Shown one piece after another: positions 19,766 to 28,868 of a stretch of DNA of 64,000 nt. Source of the stretch: Deferrisomatales bacterium (GTDB lineage Bacteria; Desulfobacterota; Deferrisomatia; Deferrisomatales; JACRMM01); the NCBI GenBank assembly GCA_033551855.1, contig JAWSUI010000015.1, positions 1 to 64,000 of the forward strand, written 5' to 3'. Both the position numbers and the translations under genes were made by a program. The notes beneath the pieces are model-generated. The model did no database searches. It saw only the letters and a program-made list of their open reading frames with translations, and had not been told where the DNA came from. Position 1 is the stretch's first letter; each line of letters starts with the position of its first letter.

Positions 19766-20731
19766 TTACCCTTCACCCGTCACCTTCTTCACCGCAGCCG
19801 TGAGCGCGGGCAGCACCTCGAGCGCGTCCCCCACCACCGCATAGTCGGCGTACTGGAAGATCGGGGCCTTCGGGTCGGTGTTGATCGCCACGACCACCTT
19901 CGCGGTGTCCATGCCCATGGTGTGGTGCACCGCCCCCGACACGCCGGCGACGATGTAGAGGGCGGGGGAGACGGTCTTCCCGGACTTCCCCACCTGGATC
20001 GCGTGGTCGGCCCACCCGGCGTCCACGATCGCGCGGCTCACCCCCACGGCCCCCCCGAGGGCGTCCGCCAGGTCTTCGAGGAGGCGCAGATTCTCCGGCG
20101 CGCGCATCCCGCGGCCCCCGGCCACCACGCGCTGGGCCTCCACGAGGGCCACCCTTCGCGACTCCCGCGGTCGCTCCTCGAGCACCTCCACCCGGCTCGG
20201 GCCTGGGAACGCCGAGACCGCTTCCACCGCGGTCCCGGGCACCGGCGCCGCCCCCCGGTCGAAGCTGTTCGGGCGGAAGGCCGCCAGGCATGTCCGGCCT
20301 CCGCACCGATAGGTGGCATAGGCCTTTCCTCCGAAGACGGGCCGGGTCAGGAGCAGCCCGGCGCCCTCCCGCTGCAGGTCCAGGGCGTTGGTGAAGGCCG
20401 CGGCACCCAGTCGTGCCGCGAGGCGGGGCACCAGGTCCCGGGCCCGCGCCCCCTCGCCGAAGAGGACGATCTCGGGCCCCGCGGCCGCCAGCAGCCCGCC
20501 CAGGACCTCGGTCCAGGCGTCGGAGCAGTAGGGGTCGAGGCCTGCCCCCGCGACCTTCAGCACCCGGTGCGCGGCACCGTCCAGGGCCTGGGCCGCCTCG
20601 CCGTCCGCCCCGAGGACGACCGCCACGACCTCTCCCTCGGGCCCCGCGAGCCTCCTTCCCTGGGACAGGAGCTCCCAGGTGGATGCCCGGTACCCGCCCC
20701 CCTGCCCTTCGCAGACCACCCAGATCGCCAT
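19766..20731 (-). CDS. etfA: Electron transfer flavoprotein alpha subunit
   Basis: VAGGRG, QVGKSGKTV, GVSGAVHH, AINTDPKAPIF. Confidence 0.93.
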   Translation of the reverse strand: MAIWVVCEGQGGGYRASTWELLSQGRRLAGPEGEVVAVVLGADGEAAQALDGAAHRVLKVAGAGLDPYCSDAWTEVLGGLLAAAGPEIVLFGEGARARDLVPRLAARLGAAAFTNALDLQREGAGLLLTRPVFGGKAYATYRCGGRTCLAAFRPNSFDRGAAPVPGTAVEAVSAFPGPSRVEVLEERPRESRRVALVEAQRVVAGGRGMRAPENLRLLEDLADALGGAVGVSRAIVDAGWADHAIQVGKSGKTVSPALYIVAGVSGAVHHTMGMDTAKVVVAINTDPKAPIFQYADYAVVGDALEVLPALTAAVKKVTGEG

Positions 20732-20786
20732 GGGAACCTCCCGCCCGTGACGTGTGACGCCCCCGGGAACCCCTACCGGCCCCCGG

Positions 20787-21551
20787 TCACAACACCCTCG
20801 CCTCTTCCCGGAGCAGCCGCACCAACTCGGCCGCGGCCGCAGCCGGCTCGCCCTCGACCCGTTTCGCCGGCGGGCGCTGGGTCGGTCCCCGGTAGCTCTC
20901 GATCCCCAGGGGGGGCGCCGCCTCGACGCCGAGCTCGGCCAGGGCAGCCTTGGGCACCTGGGCCTTCATGGCCTTCATCAGCCCCATCACCTGGGGCACC
21001 CGGGGCTCGCAGAGCCCCTTCTCCGCGGTCAGCACCGCGGGGAGGGCCACCCGCAGGGTCTCGCTCCCCCGGTCGGTCTCCCGCGACACCTGCACCGCAC
21101 CGTCCCGGACTTCCATGGACGTGACCCCCACGACGCACGCAACCCCCAGGATCTCTGCCGTCATCGGGCCCACCAGGCCGGCCTCGTCGTCGGTGGCCTG
21201 GCGCCCCGCCAGGACCAGATCGAAGCCCTCCCGCCGGCACACGGCCGCCAGGGCCCGGGCTACGGTGAGGGGATCGGCGTCCGAGAGGGCCGGGTCGTCC
21301 ACCAGGAACCCGGCGTCGGCCCCCATGGCCAGGGCCCGCCGGACCGCCTCGGCGCCGGTGCCGGCGCCGGCGGAGACGGCGTAGACCGTCCCCCCCGCCG
21401 CCTGCTTCGCCCGCAGCGCGGCCTCCACGGCGATCTCGTCGAAGAAATTGATGCAGCGCTTCTTCTCGACGTCCACGGATTTCCCGCCCTCGGCCACCTT
21501 GACCAGGGCCTCCAGATCCGGGACCTCCTTGACGAGGACGGCGATCTTCAT
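20787..21551 (-). CDS. etfB: Electron transfer flavoprotein beta subunit
   Basis: VKEVPD, ALAMGAD, GRQATDD. Confidence 0.93.
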   Translation of the reverse strand: MKIAVLVKEVPDLEALVKVAEGGKSVDVEKKRCINFFDEIAVEAALRAKQAAGGTVYAVSAGAGTGAEAVRRALAMGADAGFLVDDPALSDADPLTVARALAAVCRREGFDLVLAGRQATDDEAGLVGPMTAEILGVACVVGVTSMEVRDGAVQVSRETDRGSETLRVALPAVLTAEKGLCEPRVPQVMGLMKAMKAQVPKAALAELGVEAAPPLGIESYRGPTQRPPAKRVEGEPAAAAAELVRLLREEARVL

Positions 21552-21635
21552 GGCATGGCTCCTGAAAGGACGAAAGGGACCGAAAGGACGAACAGGACAA
21601 GGAGTCGCTGTGGTCCCTTTCGTCTTGTACGTCCC

Positions 21636-22784
21636 TTACCGCTCCCGCACGATCTCGCGGCCCACGAAATCCTTGATGATCTCGTGGGTACCGCCCCCGT
21701 ACAGGAGGAAGCGGGCGTCCCGGAAGTACCGCTGGGGCCCGTACTCCGAGGCGAACCCGTTCGCGCCGTAAATGCGGGTGACCTCGTCCACCACCTTCAG
21801 GCACGTCTCCGTGGCGAACATCTTCGCCATGGCGGCCTCCCGCCGGGGGTTCATCCCCTCGCCGATCATCCAGGCCACCCAGTAGACCATCAGGCGGGAG
21901 GCCTCCATCTCGGTGGCCATCTCCGCCAGCTTCGCCCGGATGAGCTGGTACTCGCCGATCGCCTTCCCAAACGCCCGCCGCTTCCGGGCGTACTCCAGGC
22001 CGTCGGCGAACGCCGTGCGGGCCATGCCGAGGGCCATGGCCCCCGTCATGCAGCGAACCTCGTTGAGGATCTCTCCCAGGTAGACCACCCCCTTGCCCTG
22101 CTCCTCCCCCAGCAGGTGCTCGTCGGGCACGAAGACGTCGTCCAGCACCAGCTCGCCGCAGGCCGGGCCCCGGGCCCCCAGCTTGTGGAGGAGCTGCCCG
22201 GGCTGGAACCCCGAAGTTCCCTTCTCCACCAGGAAGAAGTTCAGGGCCTTCATCCCCTGGGAGGGATCCGTCGTCGCCAGCACCGTCGCGAAGTCCGCTG
22301 TGGGGCCGTTGGTGATCCAGTTCTTCGTGCCGGTGAGCCGCCACCCCCCGTCGACCTTCGCAGCCAGGGTGCGGGTGGCCGCGAGGTCCGAGCCGGACTG
22401 GTCCTCCGTGAAGCACATGGTGGCGATCTTCTCCCCGCGCAGGGCCGGCAGGAGACACCGCTCCCGGATTCCAGGGCTCCCGAACCGGTACAGGAAGTGG
22501 GTGCCCATCAGCATGTTCATGATCACGGCTTGGGCGAACCCCACGGAACCCCGGGAGAGCTCCTCGTAGAAGAGCATGCAGGTCACCGGGTCGGCGTTCA
22601 TCCCCCCGAGCTCCTCCGGGTAGCGCAACCCCAGGTACCCGAGCTCGGCAAACTCGCGCCACAGGGAGGCGGGAATCTCGTCCGCCTCGTCGATGTGCTC
22701 CACGTGGGGAAGGACCAGCCGGTCCACCGTGTCGGCCACAGCCCTCCGGAAGAACTCCTGCTCCTCGGTCAGTCGAAAATCCAT
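21636..22784 (-). CDS. Acyl-CoA dehydrogenase family protein (candidate IaaF-like, decarboxylating)
   Basis: FTEDQSGSD, GTKNWITN, RRAFGKAI, YFRDA; canonical catalytic Glu position reads YGGGTHEI. Confidence 0.9.
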   Translation of the reverse strand: MDFRLTEEQEFFRRAVADTVDRLVLPHVEHIDEADEIPASLWREFAELGYLGLRYPEELGGMNADPVTCMLFYEELSRGSVGFAQAVIMNMLMGTHFLYRFGSPGIRERCLLPALRGEKIATMCFTEDQSGSDLAATRTLAAKVDGGWRLTGTKNWITNGPTADFATVLATTDPSQGMKALNFFLVEKGTSGFQPGQLLHKLGARGPACGELVLDDVFVPDEHLLGEEQGKGVVYLGEILNEVRCMTGAMALGMARTAFADGLEYARKRRAFGKAIGEYQLIRAKLAEMATEMEASRLMVYWVAWMIGEGMNPRREAAMAKMFATETCLKVVDEVTRIYGANGFASEYGPQRYFRDARFLLYGGGTHEIIKDFVGREIVRER

Positions 22785-22924
22785 GTGTCTCGTCCGCTGT
22801 CAGTTGTTTATTGTCCGTGGCCGGTTGTCAGTGGTCCGTTGTCCGTTGTGGGAAAGACCCGGCAGCGACCCGGCGCGGTCCGAGCGGCCTCCCCGGGCGA
22901 CGGGCAGCGGACAATGGACACACT

Positions 22925-24118
22925 TCAAATGACCCCCTCAGCCTTCAACCCCGCGAGCTCGTCGGCGCCGATTCCCAGCTCTCCGCCGTAGACGGCCCGG
23001 TTGTGCTCCGCCGTCCGAGGGGGGAACGGCAGCGTCCGGCCCTGCTCCCGCAGGTATGGGGTCATGAAGGGTGGGGGCGCCAGGGTCACCCGGAAGCCGG
23101 TGCGGGGGTCGACGGCGGCTAGGAGCTTCGGCTTCACTGCCGGGTCCTCGCACACCTCCAGGACGTTCTGCACCTTGGAGACGGGGATGAGCGCCTGGCG
23201 GAAGGTCGCGAGGATCTCCTCGGTGGTGTACTTCCCGGTGGCCTCCGCGATCCGCCGGTTCAGCCGCTCCACGTCCGCGATGCGGCCCGCGTTGGTCGCA
23301 TAGGCGGGGTCGTCGAGCCCCTCGAAGCCGGGGAGCGCCAGGAGTCGCTTCCACTGCACGTCGTTCCCCAAGGCGACGTACACGTACCCGTCGCGGGTCG
23401 GATAGACGCTCACCGGGGCAAAGAATTCGTGGGTCGCGCCCCGCCGGGTCATCACCTTGTCGAAGCTCTTGGCCATGGTCACGGGCTGGGTGAGCCAGGA
23501 CACCGTGGAATCGATCATGGCCAGGTCGATCCGGCTCCCCTCCCCCGTCACCGCACGCCGGTACAGCGCCCGCATCAGGAGGCCGTACGCGTGCTCGCTG
23601 GTGCCCATGTCGGGCAGTGGGATTCCCACCACCTGGGGTATTCCACCGGCTTCCCCCGTCAGGTCCATCAGTCCTCCCCGCGCCTGGAGCACGGGGTCGT
23701 AGGCCGCCTCGTTCGAGTCGGGGCCGAACCCCGTCAACCCGAGCCAGATGAGGTCCGGCTTCACCTCCCGCAGCACCTCGTAGTCGATCCCCAGGGGGCC
23801 GTAGTTCTTCGGGAGCTGGTTCGTGGCGAAGATGTCCACCCCGAGCCTGACGATGAGGTCCTTGAGGATCGCCTGGCCCCTGGGGTCCTTGAGGTTGAGG
23901 GTCAGGGCCTCCTTCCCGGCGTTGATGGAGAGGAAGTAGCTCCCCATGTCCTCCTCGCCGGGGGCGAAGGGCCGGCCCACCTTGCGGTTGGGGTCGCCCA
24001 GCACCGGGTGCTCCAGGCGGATGACCCGGACCCCGTCCTGGGCGAGCCGGTAGGTGAGGTACGGGAGGACCGTGGCCTGTTCGAGGCTCAAGACGGTGAG
24101 CTTCCGGAATACGTCCAT
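22925..24118 (-). CDS. Class III CoA-transferase (CaiB/BaiF family)
   Basis: INAGKEALTLNLK, LTGFG, YDPVLQA, LPDMG with catalytic Asp. Confidence 0.9.
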   Translation of the reverse strand: MDVFRKLTVLSLEQATVLPYLTYRLAQDGVRVIRLEHPVLGDPNRKVGRPFAPGEEDMGSYFLSINAGKEALTLNLKDPRGQAILKDLIVRLGVDIFATNQLPKNYGPLGIDYEVLREVKPDLIWLGLTGFGPDSNEAAYDPVLQARGGLMDLTGEAGGIPQVVGIPLPDMGTSEHAYGLLMRALYRRAVTGEGSRIDLAMIDSTVSWLTQPVTMAKSFDKVMTRRGATHEFFAPVSVYPTRDGYVYVALGNDVQWKRLLALPGFEGLDDPAYATNAGRIADVERLNRRIAEATGKYTTEEILATFRQALIPVSKVQNVLEVCEDPAVKPKLLAAVDPRTGFRVTLAPPPFMTPYLREQGRTLPFPPRTAEHNRAVYGGELGIGADELAGLKAEGVI

Positions 24119-24150
24119 CGGGACCTCTTCTCCGGATGTGTTTGTTTTTG

Positions 24151-24172
24151 ACTGTGTATTGTTCTACTCAGT
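24151..24172. promoter_or_regulatory. Putative operator palindrome in the leader of the minus-strand operon
   Basis: ACTGTGTA-TTGTTC-TACTCAGT (ACTGnGTA-N6-TACnCAGT) in an AT-rich stretch. Confidence 0.5.
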
Positions 24173-24204
24173 ATAAAAATCCGTTTGTCACATTTCGAAG
24201 TCGC

Positions 24205-24233
24205 AGTCTAGAGCCCTCTTTGGGCTCTGTCAA
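24205..24233 (-). promoter_or_regulatory. Sigma70 promoter for the minus-strand catabolic operon
   Basis: TTGACA-17 bp-TAGACT on the minus strand; spacer is the palindrome AGAGCCC-N5-GGGCTCT. Confidence 0.75.
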
Positions 24234-24293
24234 CCGGGGGCGTTTACGATTCCTAGCGCGACCCTTCACATCGTCGGAAATCCTTTTGTAGCG

Positions 24294-24322
24294 TTGACAG
24301 AAGCGAGACCCTCTGCTACGGT
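24294..24322 (+). promoter_or_regulatory. Sigma70 promoter for the hcr-like operon
   Basis: TTGACA-17 bp-TACGGT with extended -10 TGn. Confidence 0.65.
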
Positions 24323-24453
24323 CCCTCCCTGCAGCGGGTCGGCTTCGGGTGCGGTCCGCACACAAACAGTGTTTGGGCAACGCGCAACCGGCGTTGCGGC
24401 CCATTCGGCGCAGACCGGGCGCCCCGCCGCCGCTGGGCATCCGGGAGGAGACG

Positions 24454-25461
24454 ATGCTCCGACTTCCTCCGCTCGACGTCCTCCAGCCCGAAGCCCTCGA
24501 CGGCGCCCTGGCCGCCCTCGGCGCGCCCGCGCCCCCACGCGTCCTGGCGGGGGGCACCGACCTCCTGGTCTCCCTCAAACAAGGACACACTCCCGGAAAC
24601 GCGGGGGTCCTGCTCAGCATCGCCCGCCTCCCCCTGCGGGGAATCTCCCCGGGAGAGGCCCGGTGGGAGCTGGGGGCGGGGACCTCGCTCGCCGAGGTGA
24701 CCCGCTGGGCTGCCCCGGGGGCGCTCGCCGTCGTTCCCCGGGCCGCAGCCTTGGTCGCCGCACCTCCACTCCGGACCCGGGCCACGGTGGGGGGCAACCT
24801 GTGCCTCGACACCCGCTGCGCGTTCTACAACCAGTCCGCCTTCTGGCGCAGCGGGAGGCCCCCGTGCCACAAGGCGGGGGGAGAAGTCTGCCACGCGGTG
24901 CCCGGGAGCCCACGGTGCCACGCCTGCCACCAGGCAGACCTCCCGCCGGTGTTGATCGCCCTGGGGGCCGAAGTCGAGGCGAGGGGCCCCGCCGGGGCAA
25001 GGGTCTTTCCCCTGGAGGAGCTCTACTCGGGGGACGGCCGGGAGCCCCTGCGCCTGGCGGCCTCCGAGCTCCTGACCCGCGTCCTGCTCCCCCTCCCCCC
25101 TCCGGCCGCCGGGGCGGGGTACGAGAAGCTCCGCCCCCGGAAAGGCCTGGACTTCCCGGCCGCTTCCGCGGCGGTCTACCTGGAGCGGTCCGAGGTCGGG
25201 CTGTGCCGGGAGGCCCGGATCGCGGTGGGGGCCGTGGGGTCCGGCCCGCTGCGGGTGCCGGAAGCCGAGAGGTGCCTGGTGGGCTCCGACCTCGGGGCCT
25301 CGGCCCTCGAGGCGGCGGCCGCCGAGGCCCGGCGGGCCGCGCGGCCGGTCAAGAACGCGGACTTTACGCCGGCCTACCGGCGGCAAGTGGTGGGGACCCT
25401 GGTCGCGCGCGCTGCCCGTACCGCGTGGGAGGCGGCCCAGAGAGGGAGGTCCGAGTCGTGA
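24454..25461 (+). CDS. 4-hydroxybenzoyl-CoA reductase beta-like FAD/[4Fe-4S] subunit
   Basis: AGGTDL, ATVGGNLCLDTRC..YNQS.FWR...CHK.GG.VC...C Cys insert typical of HcrB/HbaD. Confidence 0.88.
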   Translation: MLRLPPLDVLQPEALDGALAALGAPAPPRVLAGGTDLLVSLKQGHTPGNAGVLLSIARLPLRGISPGEARWELGAGTSLAEVTRWAAPGALAVVPRAAALVAAPPLRTRATVGGNLCLDTRCAFYNQSAFWRSGRPPCHKAGGEVCHAVPGSPRCHACHQADLPPVLIALGAEVEARGPAGARVFPLEELYSGDGREPLRLAASELLTRVLLPLPPPAAGAGYEKLRPRKGLDFPAASAAVYLERSEVGLCREARIAVGAVGSGPLRVPEAERCLVGSDLGASALEAAAAEARRAARPVKNADFTPAYRRQVVGTLVARAARTAWEAAQRGRSES

Positions 25462-25967
25462 GCGGGGCACAGAAGGCCATCCTGGAGCTCAGGGTGAACG
25501 GCAACCGGCACACGGTCCTCGCGGCCCCAGGGCGCACCCTGCTCGAGGTCCTGCGGGAGGACCTGGGCCTGACCGGCGCCAAGGAGGGGTGCGGCGTGGG
25601 GGCCTGCGGGACGTGCACGGTGCTGCTGGACGGGGCCCCGGTACGCTCCTGTCTGACCCTGGCCTGTGAAGCCCAGGGCAGTGAGATCCTGACGATCGAA
25701 GGGTTGGCGGAGACCTGGGCAGACCGGGCCGAGGGGGAGCTCCACCCCGTCCAGGAGGCCTTCGTGGAGGGCCACGGGATTCAGTGCGGCTTCTGCACGC
25801 CCGGCATGATCCTCACGGCCAAGGCGCTGCTGGACGAGAACCCGGACCCCACCGAGGCCGAGGTGCGGGCCGCCCTGTCCGGGCAGGTGTGCCGCTGCAC
25901 GGGGTACGCCAAGATCGTGGAGTCGGTCCTGGGCGCCGCCCGCCGCCTCCGGGAGGTGCAGCCGTGA
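25458..25967 (+). CDS. HcrC-like 2Fe-2S subunit
   Basis: GCGVGACGTC, QCGFCTPG, CRCTGY; GTG start overlaps the upstream stop. Confidence 0.92.
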   Translation: MSGAQKAILELRVNGNRHTVLAAPGRTLLEVLREDLGLTGAKEGCGVGACGTCTVLLDGAPVRSCLTLACEAQGSEILTIEGLAETWADRAEGELHPVQEAFVEGHGIQCGFCTPGMILTAKALLDENPDPTEAEVRAALSGQVCRCTGYAKIVESVLGAARRLREVQP

Positions 25968-28261
25968 AGCCCGGCCGAGTGATCGGTACCAGCATCCCGC
26001 GGCGGGACGCGCGCCTGAAGGCCACGGGCGAGGCCCGCTACGCGGCGGACGTGAGCCTGCCCTTCATGCTCCACGCCGCGGTCCTGCGCAGCCCCCTTCC
26101 CCACGCCCGGATCGTGCGGCTCGATGCCGCCCCGGCCCTCGCACTGCCCGGGGTCAAGGCGGTCGTGACCGCCGCCGACGCCTCCGGCGTCAAGTGGGGC
26201 GTCTTCCGCTACACGCGGGATCAGGAATTCCTGGCACGGGACGTGGTGCGCTACATCGGCGAGGAGGTCGCGGCGGTGGCGGCCGAGACCGAGGAACTCG
26301 CCCGGGAGGCGGTGTCCCGGATCGTCGTGGAGTACGAGCCGCTGCCCGCGGTCTTCGACCCCCTTTCCGCCATGGCGCCCGGCGCACCGCGGGTGCACGC
26401 GCACGCGGAGCGCAACGTGAACATCCACGTGCCCATACACGTGGGCGACGTGGACGCGGCCCTGGGCGAGTGCGCGCACGTGCACACCGAGCGCACCGAG
26501 AGCGAGGAGGAGAGCTACTTCATGACCGAGCCCTACGCGGTGGTCGCCCACTGCGACCGCCAGGGCACGGTCGAGGTCTGGATGCCCAACGCAAGCCCCC
26601 ACACCAAGGCCAAGGGGCTGGCGAACGCCCTCGAGCTCCCCGTCTCCAAGGTCCACGTGCGCCACGTCACCGTAGGGGGTGCCTTCGGGGGGCGCAGCGA
26701 CATGTTCCCGGGGGAGTACATCGCCGCGCTCCTCTCCCGCAAGACCCGCCGGCCGGTCAAGCTCGTCTACACCCGGGAAGAGAACTCCATCGCCGTGCGC
26801 CAGGGACACTCCATGGTGGTGGAGAGCACCTTCGGGTTCCTGCAGGACGGCACCCTCCACGCCGCCGACGTCACCGCGCACATGGACGGCGGCGCCTACT
26901 CCTCCACCGGCCCCATCGCCACGAGCGTCCCCTTCCTGTGCTTCGAGCAGACCTACCGGGTCCCGAACGTCCGGTACAACGGGTACCGGGTCTACACCAA
27001 CAAGCCCATCCGGGGGATGATCCGCACCCACGGCCGCGCCTGGGCGTGCAACGTGGACATGCAGCTCGATCTCGCGGCCCGGGCCCTGGGCCTGGACCCC
27101 ATCGAGATCCGGCGCCGGAACGCCCTCCGGGGCGGCGAGCACACGCCCACCCGCAGCTTCATCCCGGTGATGGCGAGCCGCGAGACCATCGACGCCGTCG
27201 CCGAGGCGAGCCGCTTCCGGGAGAAGTGGGGCAAGCTCCCCCCCTGGCACGGCATCGGGGTGGGCTGCGTGAGCGTGATGAGCGGCTTCCCCATGGGCAT
27301 CCGGGGCGGCTCCGCGGCCATGATCAAGTTCGACGAGGACGGCGGCGCCACCCTGATCTCGGGGGTGGTGGACAACGGCCAGGGCAACGAGGGTGTGGTG
27401 CTGCAGATCGCGGCCGAGGCCCTGGGGATCCCCGTGGACCAGATCCAGCTCACCGCCTCGGACACCGAGGTCACCCCCATCGACCAGGGGGCCTACTCCC
27501 AGGCCACCACCTTGGTGAGCGGCAACGCCGTGCGCCTCGCCTGCGAGGACGCCCGGCGACAGATCCTGGAGATCGCGGCCGAGGCCATGGAGGCCAGCGC
27601 CGCGGATCTGGACATCGAGGACGGGCGCATCTTCGTGCGGGGCTCCCCGTCGCGGGCCATGCCCGTGGCCAAGGCCATCCGCACAGGCCTGCTCCAGGGC
27701 AAGGCGGTGCTCGGCCAGGGCAGCTTCGGGCCCAACGTGGACCAGACCCGGGAGTGGATCACCAACCCAAAGGGCCAGCTCGCGGCGGCCTTCAGCTACG
27801 GCAGCGCCGTGGTGGAAGTGGCGGTGGACCCGGAGACCGGGCTGGTGGACGTCCTGGACGTGTGGGTGGCCCACGACTGCGGGCGTGCCATCAACCCCGC
27901 GGAGGTGGAAGGCCAAATGGAAGCGGGGGTCGCCATGGGGGGCCACGGCGGCATCCTGCTGGAGGCCTGCAAGTGGCACCAGGGCGCCAACCTGAACACC
28001 GGCTTCCTGGACTACAAGGTGCCCCTTGCCCCGGACATGCCCCCCATCCACAACTTCATCATCGAGTCCGAGGACCCGGTCGGCCCCTTCGGCGCCAAGG
28101 AGGGGGGGCTCTCGATCTCCATGTGCACGGCCCAGGCGTACACCAACGCCATCGCCGACGCCATCGGGACCTACCTCCGGGAGTTCCCCCACACCCCGGA
28201 CCGGATCCTGGACGCGATCGAGAAAAAGGGAGGGGATGCAGGTTGGACGGAAAGCACATGA
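25964..28261 (+). CDS. HcrA-like molybdopterin-binding subunit
   Basis: GGAFGGR, DNGQG, HDCGRAINP, GPFGAKEGGL; in operon with HcrB/C-like genes. Confidence 0.88.
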   Translation: MKPGRVIGTSIPRRDARLKATGEARYAADVSLPFMLHAAVLRSPLPHARIVRLDAAPALALPGVKAVVTAADASGVKWGVFRYTRDQEFLARDVVRYIGEEVAAVAAETEELAREAVSRIVVEYEPLPAVFDPLSAMAPGAPRVHAHAERNVNIHVPIHVGDVDAALGECAHVHTERTESEEESYFMTEPYAVVAHCDRQGTVEVWMPNASPHTKAKGLANALELPVSKVHVRHVTVGGAFGGRSDMFPGEYIAALLSRKTRRPVKLVYTREENSIAVRQGHSMVVESTFGFLQDGTLHAADVTAHMDGGAYSSTGPIATSVPFLCFEQTYRVPNVRYNGYRVYTNKPIRGMIRTHGRAWACNVDMQLDLAARALGLDPIEIRRRNALRGGEHTPTRSFIPVMASRETIDAVAEASRFREKWGKLPPWHGIGVGCVSVMSGFPMGIRGGSAAMIKFDEDGGATLISGVVDNGQGNEGVVLQIAAEALGIPVDQIQLTASDTEVTPIDQGAYSQATTLVSGNAVRLACEDARRQILEIAAEAMEASAADLDIEDGRIFVRGSPSRAMPVAKAIRTGLLQGKAVLGQGSFGPNVDQTREWITNPKGQLAAAFSYGSAVVEVAVDPETGLVDVLDVWVAHDCGRAINPAEVEGQMEAGVAMGGHGGILLEACKWHQGANLNTGFLDYKVPLAPDMPPIHNFIIESEDPVGPFGAKEGGLSISMCTAQAYTNAIADAIGTYLREFPHTPDRILDAIEKKGGDAGWTEST

Positions 28262-28382
28262 GCAAAGACACGGCAAGTCTTGACAGGATAACAGGATAGA
28301 TTGGATGAAGTCTGGCAATACACTCCCATAGCGACAGATATCCCGTCCATCCCGTTATCCCGTCCACGAAAGGTCTGTTCCC

Positions 28383-28817
28383 ATGAAAGCCAAGGCCATC
28401 GACCACATCTGCTTCGTCGTGCGCGACCTCGACGAAGCCGTCGCGCGCTACCGCGACACCCTGGGGATGGAGCCCGACGGGTACTACACGGCTCCCTCGG
28501 AGAGCATCCGGGTGGCCCGGTACTACCTGGAGAACGTCGCCCTCGAGCTCATGGAGCCCACCCGGCCGGACAGCGAGGTGGGCCGCTTCCTCGAGAGGCG
28601 CGGGGAGGGCTTCTTCCTCATCTCCTACCGGGTGGACGATGTGTCCGAGGGACTTGCGGAGCTCGCCGAAAAGGGGCATCGGACCATCGACCGGGTGCCC
28701 CGGGAGCTCATGGGCAACCGGTACGCCTTCCTTGCCCCGCCCCCCCAGATGTACGGCGTGCTCACCGAGATCCTCGACGGGGAGTTCGACCGGGGCTACG
28801 ATGAGGGCGGCGGATGA
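28383..28817 (+). CDS. VOC family protein, methylmalonyl-CoA epimerase-like
   Basis: IDHICFVVRDLDEA, LELMEP, FLERRGEG, GVLTE. Confidence 0.82.
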   Translation: MKAKAIDHICFVVRDLDEAVARYRDTLGMEPDGYYTAPSESIRVARYYLENVALELMEPTRPDSEVGRFLERRGEGFFLISYRVDDVSEGLAELAEKGHRTIDRVPRELMGNRYAFLAPPPQMYGVLTEILDGEFDRGYDEGGG

Positions 28818-28868
28818 GGGGCCGGCCGGGCCCCTCGGCGGCCGAGCGAGCGCGGCAAGCGGGGAACC

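Noticed and set aside
18105..21551. fixABCX as evidence of nitrogen fixation
   Set aside because: No nif genes; context indicates electron disposal from the acyl-CoA dehydrogenase
22793..22920. Short repeat arrays as a possible CRISPR array
   Set aside because: Units are 6-9 bp with no unique spacers, and no cas genes are present
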